NCBI GenBank assembly: GCA_041651095.1
Contig: JBAZJV010000002.1
Location: 43,621 to 107,620, forward strand
Reading direction: 5' to 3'
DNA length: 64,000 bases
From: Patescibacteria group bacterium
Lineage (GTDB): Bacteria; Patescibacteriota; Patescibacteriia; Patescibacteriales; UBA12465
In this document: piece after piece, positions 8,057 to 16,765 of the stretch
How positions within the stretch are numbered: position 1 is the first letter of the stretch
How the letters are laid out: each line of letters begins with the position of its first letter
Notes under the pieces: generated by a model
Database searches by the model: none
Told to the model about the DNA's origin: nothing
The model's input: only the letters and a program-made list of their open reading frames with translations
Program-made: the position numbers and the translations under genes

Positions 8057-8264
8057 AGGGATTACCCCCCCTCCCAGGATATTCGAGTGTTTTATATAAA
8101 TATCCAACAAACGACCCGTCATAATGAAAACGCCAAACCCGCAGTCGATATGCTGGTTTATGCTAAATATGTACTTAAAGAAGGATATGCCCTTGAAAAA
8201 CGGGAGTTGCTGGCTAATTTGAAAAAATAGGATTATATTAAAAGATAAAAAGTTGTTATATTGA
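8057..8264 (+). pseudogene. 3' gene remnant, possibly a large serine recombinase C-terminus, frameshifted (copy 2)
   Basis: The frame reads ...ENAKPAVDMLVYAKYVLKEGYALEKRELLANLKK* (stop at 8228-8230) and continues in the +1 frame as RIILKDKKLLY* (8229-8264). It is homologous to 4026-4130. It overlaps the 3' end of the convergent R-M gene. Confidence 0.3.
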
Positions 8265-10580
8265 AGATGAGTACGGCAGAGATTTTATATAATTTTCAAT
8301 AAATTTCCAATCAGGGTCTTTACCATTTGCTGGCAACTTTATACTCCTTTCTTTTAAGCGAGTTTGACTAGCTTTTCTTCCATAATTATACCTATAACGT
8401 TCCAAATTAATAATGGTAGCTAAAAATAAACCGATATATTTATTCATCTTAAATTTTGGACACAATTTTTCTACGTGATCGCTGGCGGAAAAATTAAACG
8501 GTTGATAAGCACAAAATCCCAAAACAGCACTATCAACAGTTAATATGTTGCCAGCTTCTGTATGATAATTATAAAAACCAGCAATGCCATTATTCGTTGC
8601 CTGAGTAGTCACAAATGGAAATTCCCCTTCACCAAATTCTTCTAAATCAAGAATTGATGTTGTTTTACTGCCAGTAATATTAAAAAGTTTGTCCAACGAA
8701 AAACTCTTCCATTTTTTTACTTCCAATTCGTACTTATTTTTGTTAACCGGATTAGAAAGAATATTATTTGTCATTTGATTAGACAGAAGAAACGAACAAT
8801 ATTCTACTAATGTTTTTTCAAAATCTTTTCTAACTAGACCAGAATAGTCTGTTTCCATATATGCCTCCGGGCACCATTCATCTTTTGCTGTTATCTCTTT
8901 AGTTACACTGAATCCAGGAATAGTTTCTCTGTTTTGATAATTAACTATCCACTTGTTTTTTATTTTTCTTTCAAATTCTTCATATAAATCAATCCGCCCT
9001 TTAGTTTTTCTTTTTACAAAACCATCTTTCTTATAATAGCCAAAATAAGTCTTTTTCCCTGCTGGATGTGGTCTTTTGGCCGTAAAAACCATTACACAGG
9101 CAACAACTCCGACATCAGAATTAAAAAATAATTCGTCAGGCATGCTAAACACCGCCTCAAGGGTGTGCTGACTTAAAAGTTTCTTTTTCCATTCATATAT
9201 ACGACCAGATTGAGCTAATGCGCTTTGCATTGGCACAATAGCAACGCATTTACCGCCCTGCACCAAACATTCCAAGTTATCAAATACGAACTCCAACTCT
9301 TCAGTATCCTTTTTCTTGTCAGATTTATAAGGGGGGTTAAGTAATCCGGCAGTTGGTTTAAATTTTTTTACTTTTTTGATTATCTCACCATCAAGACAGC
9401 TACCATTTAAAATATTACTCTTCCCGTCTTGATGAATAAACATGTTGCTACAAGCCAAAACAAATATATGCGCCTGATACTCAACACCCACTAGCTGATT
9501 CTTTTTTATATTTTTTATTTTACGCAAATCATCTTTCGCATCTTCTATCATTATACTCATTGCCGAAACAAGAAATCCGCCAGTTCCAACACAATTATCA
9601 TATACAATGGAATCTTTATTAACCTCGGCAATTCGCGCCATAAACTCGGTAATATGAAGAGGTGTCAAAACTATCCCGAGCCCTTTATCACTATTAGCAT
9701 AACGCAAAAATTCTATATACAATTGGCCTAAAACATCAATGTACTTATGTGTTTTAATAAAATCTTTAATATTTTCATTTATGCTAGAAATTATATCTCT
9801 TAATACATTTGCCTTTTTTGACAAGGACGTATCTGTTTTGATAAAGGCGAGTCTGCCACTTATAACATCTAATTTTTCCTTCTGAATCCCACCGTTTTTA
9901 AACTCCATATCAACAGTATCAACCAAATATTTGGCCAAGTCCTCTGGCTTACTATAATTTTTATAAGATGCTTCAAATGCTTTGTTTTCTAACGCTATCA
10001 AAATACAAGCTATCAATAAAGCTCTTTCACTTTCTACTATTTTATGACTATGTAGCGTGTCATTTAAATCCTTGGAAAATATTATCAATTTATCGTAATC
10101 CTGTCTGAATTTTTCTGGACTCTTTATGTAGCCAGTTAGATACTCTTGTGAAGATAAAAATTTATCAGAAAACTTTGGCAATGCTTTTTGCTCACCTTTT
10201 AATTGTAAAAAGTGGGAAATTTTAAGTTCTTTTTTATTTTCCCCACTGACAGCTATAGACAATACATCATATTCCCTCGATAGATATGCTGAGTATAATA
10301 ATGCACCGTCAACAGCGTAATCTCTGTATTGATCTAGGGTGGAGCTTTCGTGTTTTTTAATATCCGCTTTGCATTCTACCAATATCAATAAATCGGGGTT
10401 ATTTCTAAATTGCATTATAAATTCTGGATGACCAGCTCCATTGCCAGCTTTAGACGCTGTTGATAATAATTTTTTAATTTTAGGATTGTCTGATGATTGC
10501 TCTTCAATAATTAATTCTGCTGTGTATTTCTTAAAATGTTCCCTGGTTATATTTTCAGTTTTTCTCTCATTTTTAGCCAT
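8256..10580 (-). CDS. Single-chain restriction-modification enzyme (Type IIG-like): N-terminal PD-ExK nuclease + gamma-class N6-adenine methyltransferase + C-terminal specificity (TRD) domain
   Basis: 774 aa. It has NNPDLLILVECKAD (PD...ExK), YDNCVGTGGFL (SAM motif I) and GLLNPPY (motif IV NPPY). The C-terminal 170 aa resemble an HsdS TRD (LDKLFNITGSKTT...FPFVTTQATNNGIAGFYN...RLKERSIKLP). Confidence 0.75.
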   Translation of the reverse strand: MAKNERKTENITREHFKKYTAELIIEEQSSDNPKIKKLLSTASKAGNGAGHPEFIMQFRNNPDLLILVECKADIKKHESSTLDQYRDYAVDGALLYSAYLSREYDVLSIAVSGENKKELKISHFLQLKGEQKALPKFSDKFLSSQEYLTGYIKSPEKFRQDYDKLIIFSKDLNDTLHSHKIVESERALLIACILIALENKAFEASYKNYSKPEDLAKYLVDTVDMEFKNGGIQKEKLDVISGRLAFIKTDTSLSKKANVLRDIISSINENIKDFIKTHKYIDVLGQLYIEFLRYANSDKGLGIVLTPLHITEFMARIAEVNKDSIVYDNCVGTGGFLVSAMSIMIEDAKDDLRKIKNIKKNQLVGVEYQAHIFVLACSNMFIHQDGKSNILNGSCLDGEIIKKVKKFKPTAGLLNPPYKSDKKKDTEELEFVFDNLECLVQGGKCVAIVPMQSALAQSGRIYEWKKKLLSQHTLEAVFSMPDELFFNSDVGVVACVMVFTAKRPHPAGKKTYFGYYKKDGFVKRKTKGRIDLYEEFERKIKNKWIVNYQNRETIPGFSVTKEITAKDEWCPEAYMETDYSGLVRKDFEKTLVEYCSFLLSNQMTNNILSNPVNKNKYELEVKKWKSFSLDKLFNITGSKTTSILDLEEFGEGEFPFVTTQATNNGIAGFYNYHTEAGNILTVDSAVLGFCAYQPFNFSASDHVEKLCPKFKMNKYIGLFLATIINLERYRYNYGRKASQTRLKERSIKLPANGKDPDWKFIENYIKSLPYSSSI

Positions 10581-10606
10581 ATTTTTATTTTTTTCTTTAT
10601 AGGGGT

Positions 10607-10615
10607 ATTATAGCA
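10607..10615 (-). promoter_or_regulatory. Extended -10 box (TGcTATAAT) inside the left TIR, facing the R-M gene
   Basis: The minus strand reads TGCTATAAT. The R-M ATG (10580) lies 26 nt downstream. Confidence 0.45.
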
Positions 10616-10756
10616 TTTTTTTAAAATATTCGTAACAGAAAAATAGCTACCAAAAAGCCCCGAAAATACAGGACTTCTGGGTCTATCCGATACCAAATTG
10701 TCTTAGCGGAGATAATAGGATTGGAACTTATAAAATAGGCTAAAATCCCCAAAAAA

Positions 10757-10765
10757 TGCTATAAT
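10757..10765 (+). promoter_or_regulatory. Extended -10 box (TGcTATAAT) inside the right TIR, facing mgtA
   Basis: The plus strand reads TGCTATAAT. The mgtA ATG (10802) lies 36 nt downstream. Confidence 0.45.
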
Positions 10766-10801
10766 ACCCCTATACTTGCCTAAGCTATTATAGCCTAATA
10801 T

Positions 10802-13321
10802 ATGCCCTACAAACTGGTTCCCACTGCGGACCTGAAAGCGCTCAGCCTGCAAGAGCTCTACCCCCTGGTCGGCTCCTCCCCGAAAGGGATGACGACCCAG
10901 GAAGCGATCGGCCGCTCCCAGGCCCTCGGCTATAACCAGATCTCGGCTGCCAAGCGCCGGCAGCCGGTCCTCTTGTTTTTCGGCTATTTCAAGGATCCGC
11001 TCATCATCATCCTGATTGTCGCCGCCCTCATTTCGGGGCTCACCGGCGAACTGCGGAGCATGGCCATCATCCTGTCCATGATCTTCCTGAGCGTCATCCT
11101 CAACTTCTATCAGGAGCATAAGTCCAGCAAGGCCGCCGAGAAGATCTCCCGCCGCCTGGCTATTCGCGCTAGCGTGCTCCGCGACGGCCAGAAGCAGGAC
11201 CTCGAAACCAAATACCTCGTGCCCGGCGATATCATTTCCCTCTCCGCCGGCGACATCGTGCCGGCGGACGGCAAGATTATCAGCGCCACCGATTTCTTCC
11301 TGAACGAATCCAGCCTGACCGGCGAAAGCCTGCCCGCGGAAAAGACGGCCGGCGGCGACAGCACGATCTTCTCCGGCACCAACGTCGTTTCCGGTTTCGG
11401 GGAATTCCTGGTGACCAGCATCGGCCTGCATACGGAATTCGGCCAGATCGCCCAGAAAATCGTCAAGCCCGCCACCGAGAACGCTTTTGAAAAAGGCATC
11501 AAGAGTTTCGGCTTCCTGATTATCCGGGTCATCGCCGTCATCGTCGCCATTATCTTCCTGATTAACGCCGTGATGCATAAAGGCATTCTGGATTCTTTCC
11601 TGTTCGCGCTCGCCATCGCCGTCGGCGTGACTCCGGAACTCCTGCCCATGATCATGTCGATTAATATGGCTAAGGGCGCGACCAAGATGGCCAAGAACGG
11701 CGTTTTGGTCAAGCGCCTCAATTCCATTCCTACTTTCGGCTCCATGGACGTCCTCTGCACGGATAAGACCGGCACCCTGACTGAAGACCACATTACGGTC
11801 ATCAAGCATATCGATATTTCCGGCGCGGACTCGCTCAGCGTTTTTACCGCCGCTTACCTCAACGGCTATTTCGAAACCGGCCTCAAGAGCATCCTGGACC
11901 AGGCAATCTTGGAATATAAGAAAATAGACGTCCGGGGCTATCAGAAAATAGAGGAGCTGCCCTATGACTTCAACCGCAAACGCTCGTCCATCATCTATGA
12001 GCACGGTGGCCGACTGACCCTGGTGACCAAAGGCGCGCCGGAAGAGATCTTCAAAATAAGCACGCGCTATTTCAGCGGCGAAGCCGAGCAGCCGCTCACG
12101 CCGGAGCTCCTCAAGCAGGCGAAAGCGACCTATGACGACCTGAGCCGCCAGGGCCTGCGCGTCCTGGCCATTGCCGAAAAGAAAATTACGGTCCGGCGGG
12201 ATAATTATACTTTAAGCGAAGAGCAGGGTCTGAGCCTGCGCGGCTTCATGGCCTTCTACGACCCGCCCAAAGCCGACGTCCGGGAAACCCTGGCCTTCAT
12301 GAAAAAGCACGGCGTGGCGATCAAGATCTTGACCGGCGACAGCCCCTTAGTCACCCAGAAGATCTGCGCCGATCTTGGCCTGGCCGTGGACCAGGTCATT
12401 AGCGGCGAAGAGTTGGATCTAAACCGCCTAACCGACGAGGAAGTCTACAAAAAGACCAAGGACGCTACGATTTGCGCCCGCCTCTCCCCGGGGCAGAAAG
12501 AGAAGATCATCATGGAACTGCGGCGTAAAGGCTTGACCGTCGGCTATTTGGGCGACGGCATAAACGACGCCCCGTCCCTGCAGACGGCGGATGTCGGCAT
12601 CTCGGTCAATAACGCCGTGGACGTGGCCAAGGAAACCGCCGATATCATTCTGCTCAAGAAAGGCCTGCGCGAACTCATGGCCGGCGTCATCGAGGGCCGC
12701 AAGACTTTCGGCAATACTATGAAATATTTGCTCATGGGCCTGAGTTCCAATTTCGGCAATATGTTCTCCATGATCGGCGCCAGCCTGTTCCTGCCCTTCT
12801 TCCCCATGACCGCCGGCCAGATCCTGCTCAATAATTTCCTCTATGACAATTCCCAGCTGTCTATACCCTCGGATAACGTCGACCCGGATTACCTGAAAAA
12901 GCCCAAGCACTGGGACATGTCTTTCATCAAGAAATTCATGCTGGTCTTCGGCCCGGTCAGCTCCCTGTTCGATTTCCTGACTTTCTTCGTCCTATACGGC
13001 GTGCTGCATCTCTCGGGCGGCGCTTTCCAAGCCGGCTGGTTCGTGGAATCTCTGGCCACCCAGGTTCTGGTCATCTACATCATCCGCACCCAGAAAATTC
13101 CTTTCCTGCAGTCTAAACCCAGCAAATACCTGCTGGCTACTACCCTGGCCGCCGTCGCCCTAAGCCTAGCGCTGGTCAGCCCCTGGCTGGGCGCCATTTT
13201 CGGCTTCGCGCCGCTGCCTTTGGTCGCTTTCTTATTCATCTTCATTATCGTCATCGCCTATCTCCTGGTCGTGGAATTCACCAAACAGCTGTTCTACCGG
13301 CGGCTGGCGGTAAAACATTAG
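10802..13321 (+). CDS. mgtA: Magnesium-translocating P-type ATPase
   Basis: 839 aa with CTDKTGTLTED (phosphorylation site), TGDS and GDGINDAPSL. The C-terminal NFLYDNSQLSIPSDNVDPDYLKKPKHWD is characteristic of the MgtA/MgtB subfamily. Confidence 0.85.
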   Translation: MPYKLVPTADLKALSLQELYPLVGSSPKGMTTQEAIGRSQALGYNQISAAKRRQPVLLFFGYFKDPLIIILIVAALISGLTGELRSMAIILSMIFLSVILNFYQEHKSSKAAEKISRRLAIRASVLRDGQKQDLETKYLVPGDIISLSAGDIVPADGKIISATDFFLNESSLTGESLPAEKTAGGDSTIFSGTNVVSGFGEFLVTSIGLHTEFGQIAQKIVKPATENAFEKGIKSFGFLIIRVIAVIVAIIFLINAVMHKGILDSFLFALAIAVGVTPELLPMIMSINMAKGATKMAKNGVLVKRLNSIPTFGSMDVLCTDKTGTLTEDHITVIKHIDISGADSLSVFTAAYLNGYFETGLKSILDQAILEYKKIDVRGYQKIEELPYDFNRKRSSIIYEHGGRLTLVTKGAPEEIFKISTRYFSGEAEQPLTPELLKQAKATYDDLSRQGLRVLAIAEKKITVRRDNYTLSEEQGLSLRGFMAFYDPPKADVRETLAFMKKHGVAIKILTGDSPLVTQKICADLGLAVDQVISGEELDLNRLTDEEVYKKTKDATICARLSPGQKEKIIMELRRKGLTVGYLGDGINDAPSLQTADVGISVNNAVDVAKETADIILLKKGLRELMAGVIEGRKTFGNTMKYLLMGLSSNFGNMFSMIGASLFLPFFPMTAGQILLNNFLYDNSQLSIPSDNVDPDYLKKPKHWDMSFIKKFMLVFGPVSSLFDFLTFFVLYGVLHLSGGAFQAGWFVESLATQVLVIYIIRTQKIPFLQSKPSKYLLATTLAAVALSLALVSPWLGAIFGFAPLPLVAFLFIFIIVIAYLLVVEFTKQLFYRRLAVKH

Positions 13322-13331
13322 CCTGCCCCAC

Positions 13332-14021
13332 ATGCCCAATCCATTATTATCAATCATCATTCCCGTCTATAATGAAGACCGCCTGGCCGTGGATTCCCTG
13401 CCGCCGATTTTTGATCTGCCGATAAATAAGGAGGTCATCGTGGTCAATGACGGTTCAACCGATAATACCGCGGCGGTCTTGGCAGGACTGGCCAAGCAAT
13501 ATGATTTCCGCTTGCTCAATCAGCCGACCAACCAGGGCAAAGGCGCCGCGGTCAAACGCGGCCTGAGCGAAATCAAGGGGAATTATTTCATTGTCTGCGA
13601 CGCCGACCAGGAATATCAGGCATCGGATATCATCAAACTGTTTACGGCCATGCTGGATGGAGCGGACGAGCGAACCGTCATCTACGGCTCCCGCTTCCTG
13701 GGATACCCGCCGCTCACCTTCCATTACCTGGCTAACCGCTTCCTGACCGGACTGACCAATCTGCTCTTCAACAGCCAGCTGACCGATATGGAAACCTGCT
13801 TCAAGCTGGTACCGGCCAGCGCCTTGAGCCAAATCAAACTGAGCGGCCGACGCTTCGAGGTCGAACCGGAACTGACCGCGCAATTACTCAAAGCCGGCTA
13901 CCGCATCAAGGAGTCGCCTATTAGCTACCGCCGCCGCGGCTATCAGGAAGGGAAAAAAATAAGAGCCCGGGACGGGCTCCTGGCCATTATGAGCTTGCTG
14001 CGGGAAAGATTAATCCGCTGA
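13332..14021 (+). CDS. Family 2 glycosyltransferase (polyprenyl-phosphate sugar synthase-like)
   Basis: 229 aa with SIIIPVYNE, VVNDGSTDNT and CDADQEY (DxD). Confidence 0.8.
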   Translation: MPNPLLSIIIPVYNEDRLAVDSLPPIFDLPINKEVIVVNDGSTDNTAAVLAGLAKQYDFRLLNQPTNQGKGAAVKRGLSEIKGNYFIVCDADQEYQASDIIKLFTAMLDGADERTVIYGSRFLGYPPLTFHYLANRFLTGLTNLLFNSQLTDMETCFKLVPASALSQIKLSGRRFEVEPELTAQLLKAGYRIKESPISYRRRGYQEGKKIRARDGLLAIMSLLRERLIR

Positions 14022-16031
14022 AGGCAGCTTGCCTTGCGACCGCAGATAATCGATCTGTTTCAAATAATACAGCGCGGACGCGTCGCCGCTATCCAGACGC
14101 AAAGCCGAGTGCCAAGCCGCCTCGGCTTTTTGGTAATCTCGCAACTGCCAGGCCGCCAGTCCCATGGCGTCATAGACGCCGGGCAGGCGATAACCGGCTT
14201 CAAGCGCCCGCTGCAAATAGCTGATGGCCCGGCGCTGGCTGGCCGCGTCCGCCGCGGCCGCATACAGATAGCCGAAAGCAGCCAAGGCCTGCCGATTGTT
14301 CGGCTGGGCGAAGAGGATTTCCTGATAAGTTTCCGCCGCCAGATCCGGCTGGCCATCAGCCTGAGCTAAATAAGCCAGCTGCAATTTATTCTTGATATCC
14401 GACTGCTGCGCCAGCTCGCGCCACCTCGTCCGGAAAGCCCAGACATCCATAGCGTTCTTAAGCGTATCTGGATCGCCGGTTTTCTGATTGACCAAGATAA
14501 CGGTCTGGCGGTCGAAATAAACTAAAGCCCAGTCCGGATCCTGCAATATGCGCCGCAGGAACTGCTGCGCCCAGGGCGTGGAATCGTGATAGCCGAAATA
14601 GACCGTCTGGAATTGGTATTGCGCGCTATATTTCCGCCAGGCCGCCGGATCGGACTGCAGCGGCTTATAGACCGCTGTAAAAAACTCATTGCGATAGGCT
14701 TCCGGCCGGTTGTCGACGAAGACGCGCTCTTGCGGATACAGCCAGAAAGCCAAGGCGCTGCCCAGGTCGTAATTATTGAAGATCGGCCCGGCGAGCCGAT
14801 GCTCCTTAAAAAAGGTTACTGAATCAATGCTGCCGGTTACTAACCCCCAACCCGATTCGGTCTTGATGAAACTGCCCTGACGATTATAGTCGGTCAGCAA
14901 ATACGGGATGGCGATAATAATGATTAGCAGCGTCAGTCCGGTCAGATAGGGCGGCAGCTGGCGCCGCCAGACGAACAGGAGAGCGGGACGGGCGTCTCGC
15001 AGGTAATGATAAACGGCGGACAGGTTATGGCTAATTATAAGTAAAGCGACTAAACCGAATAAAGATAAGTTGCGGGAAGCGAACAGGGCCAAAGCGGCGA
15101 AGAACAAGGCCGTAAACGAAACGAACCAGCTCAGGCGTTTGTTCTTGAAATAATAGACCAGGAAGCTGAGCAGGAGCAAGAAAAGCAGCCATTTGAAAAT
15201 CGCAAAATTATGGTTGATCATCAGGCTCTGCAGGTAGAAAATGGATTTATTCTCGGCTATTTCATAGCCGTAGTTCCGGAAGATATTAAAAGGATAAATC
15301 AGGCCGCGCCAAGTATTGGGGTTGAGCAAACCGGCTAAAGCCGCGAAGATTAAGGTTCTGGCCCAAGGCTTAGCGGCCTGCCAGCCGGCAATGAGCCGGA
15401 CGCGCCACTCGCCGGCTGTCCGAATAAAGGGCGGCAAAAATTCCGCAGCGGCCTTGAAACCGAGGAGAGCCAAGCCGATGAAAAAATAAATGTGGATATT
15501 GACCCAGAAAGCGGAGAGTAACACCAGCCACCAGAGATGCCGGTATTTTTTAGTCTCGCCGACCTTATCGATTATCACCCAGCTGACGATAATGAACAGA
15601 TAGCTGATTATTTCCGGCCGGATTTCCACGCGCTCGCTGAGCAAAAAAATGACCGGCAGGGATAGTAGGCCGGCTAAATAAAAACCGATCTTGCGGCGGG
15701 CAAAATTGAAGGCCAGAATAAAGGCACCCAGGATAAGCAGGATATTAAAAACGGACAGAGCCGCGAAACCGCCGAGCCGATAGACGCCATAGAAGATAAC
15801 GCCGGAGAGCCAATGGTGGTTGATGAAAGCCTGGTCCGGCTCGGTATAGGAATAGAAATTAGTGAAGAGGACGCGGTGGTCCTGGAATACGATCTGGCCG
15901 TTGGCCAGATGCCGGCCCAGGTCGCTGGCCGTAAACTGGACCCGTTGGGAAAAGATAATGATAATCAGCGCCAATAGGCCGATAAAGATCAGGCGGCGCC
16001 AGAATTTTTCCGTTTTCAGCTGGCTGAACAT
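14010..16031 (-). CDS. Polytopic membrane protein with a C-terminal TPR domain (GT-C / glycosyl-lipid transferase-like)
   Basis: 673 aa. The N-terminal half has at least 10 hydrophobic helices. The C-terminal region has TPR-like repeats (AETYQEILFAQPNNRQALAAFGYLY..., YQKAEAAWHSALRLD). Confidence 0.5.
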   Translation of the reverse strand: MFSQLKTEKFWRRLIFIGLLALIIIIFSQRVQFTASDLGRHLANGQIVFQDHRVLFTNFYSYTEPDQAFINHHWLSGVIFYGVYRLGGFAALSVFNILLILGAFILAFNFARRKIGFYLAGLLSLPVIFLLSERVEIRPEIISYLFIIVSWVIIDKVGETKKYRHLWWLVLLSAFWVNIHIYFFIGLALLGFKAAAEFLPPFIRTAGEWRVRLIAGWQAAKPWARTLIFAALAGLLNPNTWRGLIYPFNIFRNYGYEIAENKSIFYLQSLMINHNFAIFKWLLFLLLLSFLVYYFKNKRLSWFVSFTALFFAALALFASRNLSLFGLVALLIISHNLSAVYHYLRDARPALLFVWRRQLPPYLTGLTLLIIIIAIPYLLTDYNRQGSFIKTESGWGLVTGSIDSVTFFKEHRLAGPIFNNYDLGSALAFWLYPQERVFVDNRPEAYRNEFFTAVYKPLQSDPAAWRKYSAQYQFQTVYFGYHDSTPWAQQFLRRILQDPDWALVYFDRQTVILVNQKTGDPDTLKNAMDVWAFRTRWRELAQQSDIKNKLQLAYLAQADGQPDLAAETYQEILFAQPNNRQALAAFGYLYAAAADAASQRRAISYLQRALEAGYRLPGVYDAMGLAAWQLRDYQKAEAAWHSALRLDSGDASALYYLKQIDYLRSQGKLPSAD

Positions 16032-16035
16032 AGAG

Positions 16036-16752
16036 TTAATTGGGCTGGCGGCGCTTCAGGCCCAGATAAGCCGCCATCACCCGGAACTCGCCGCCGTCGC
16101 GGCGATAGGAAAAATATTGATCTTTTTCATCATGAGTACATTCCTGGCTGATGTCGATATTACCAGCCTTTATTCCAGCGGCCATTAATTGCTCCCTGAC
16201 CACGCCGGCCAGGTCGATAAAGATCTTATCTGACCGGCTGACAAATTGCGGATAGGCGGCGAATTGATTGGCCACATCATCCTTAACCTCGAAATGACAA
16301 ATGTGGATATGCGGCCCGATGTGTATTTCCAGATCGCCCGGATCCGTCTTATACAGTTCAATAAATTTGTTCACGACCTCCCGGCTGATGTTGGCGAGAA
16401 CGCCGCGCCAGCCGGCGTGTGCCAAGGCAATGGCTTGGCGCCGTTGGTCATAGAAATAAATCGGCAGGCAATCAGCCACGGTCAGGCTCAGGACGACTTG
16501 CGGCTCATCAGTGATCAAAGCATCGTAATCGGACAAAATCTGACCGCGCTGGCCAGCGCCTACTGTTGCCACTTTTGAACCGTGAACCATCTGCACGCCC
16601 ACCACCTGATTAACGCAACCGAGCCGGCTAAAGAATTTCCGCCGGTTCTCGGCCGGTTGGTCGTCGCCCGGCGCCGGGTAAACCGTCATATTGCCGTCCG
16701 AGCGCCGCGATATTCCCGCTATTATATTAGCACTGCCCGCTGATCCGAACAT
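16036..16752 (-). CDS. pgeF: Peptidoglycan editing factor PgeF (YfiH/DUF152 laccase-domain protein)
   Basis: 238 aa with VHGSKV, DALITD, VADCLPI, HAGWRG and ECT. Confidence 0.8.
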   Translation of the reverse strand: MFGSAGSANIIAGISRRSDGNMTVYPAPGDDQPAENRRKFFSRLGCVNQVVGVQMVHGSKVATVGAGQRGQILSDYDALITDEPQVVLSLTVADCLPIYFYDQRRQAIALAHAGWRGVLANISREVVNKFIELYKTDPGDLEIHIGPHIHICHFEVKDDVANQFAAYPQFVSRSDKIFIDLAGVVREQLMAAGIKAGNIDISQECTHDEKDQYFSYRRDGGEFRVMAAYLGLKRRQPN

Positions 16753-16765
16753 AAGTTCTTAATTT

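Larger units (their letters stand above)
10598..10774. mobile_element. MITE-like element: 177 bp bounded by perfect 24-bp terminal inverted repeats and flanked by CTT on both sides
   Basis: 10598-10621 (tataggggtattatagcatttttt) is the exact reverse complement of 10751-10774 (aaaaaatgctataatacccctata). CTT occurs at 10595-10597 and 10775-10777. The element is AT-rich, non-coding, and sits at the right border of the low-GC island. Confidence 0.45.

Noticed and set aside
10775-10801. A possible M-box (Mg-sensing) riboswitch or long leader upstream of mgtA.
   Set aside because: The predicted leader is only about 30 nt. The upstream 180 bp is occupied by the inverted-repeat element, and I could not recognise the conserved M-box core. 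A covariance-model scan (Rfam RF00380) would settle it.
10703-12004. Long antisense ORFs inside GC-rich genes. Examples are the 433-aa ORF opposite mgtA, 1190-1792 opposite PBP2, 29777-30457 opposite ftsE, 41835-42665 opposite ftsZ, 43412-44116 opposite ftsA, and 56198-56794 and 61464-62135 opposite the giant genes.
   Set aside because: Their translations are low-complexity and rich in Arg/Gly/Ala/Asp. They lie opposite ORFs with unmistakable conserved motifs. High GC suppresses stop codons on the antisense strand, so these are artefacts.
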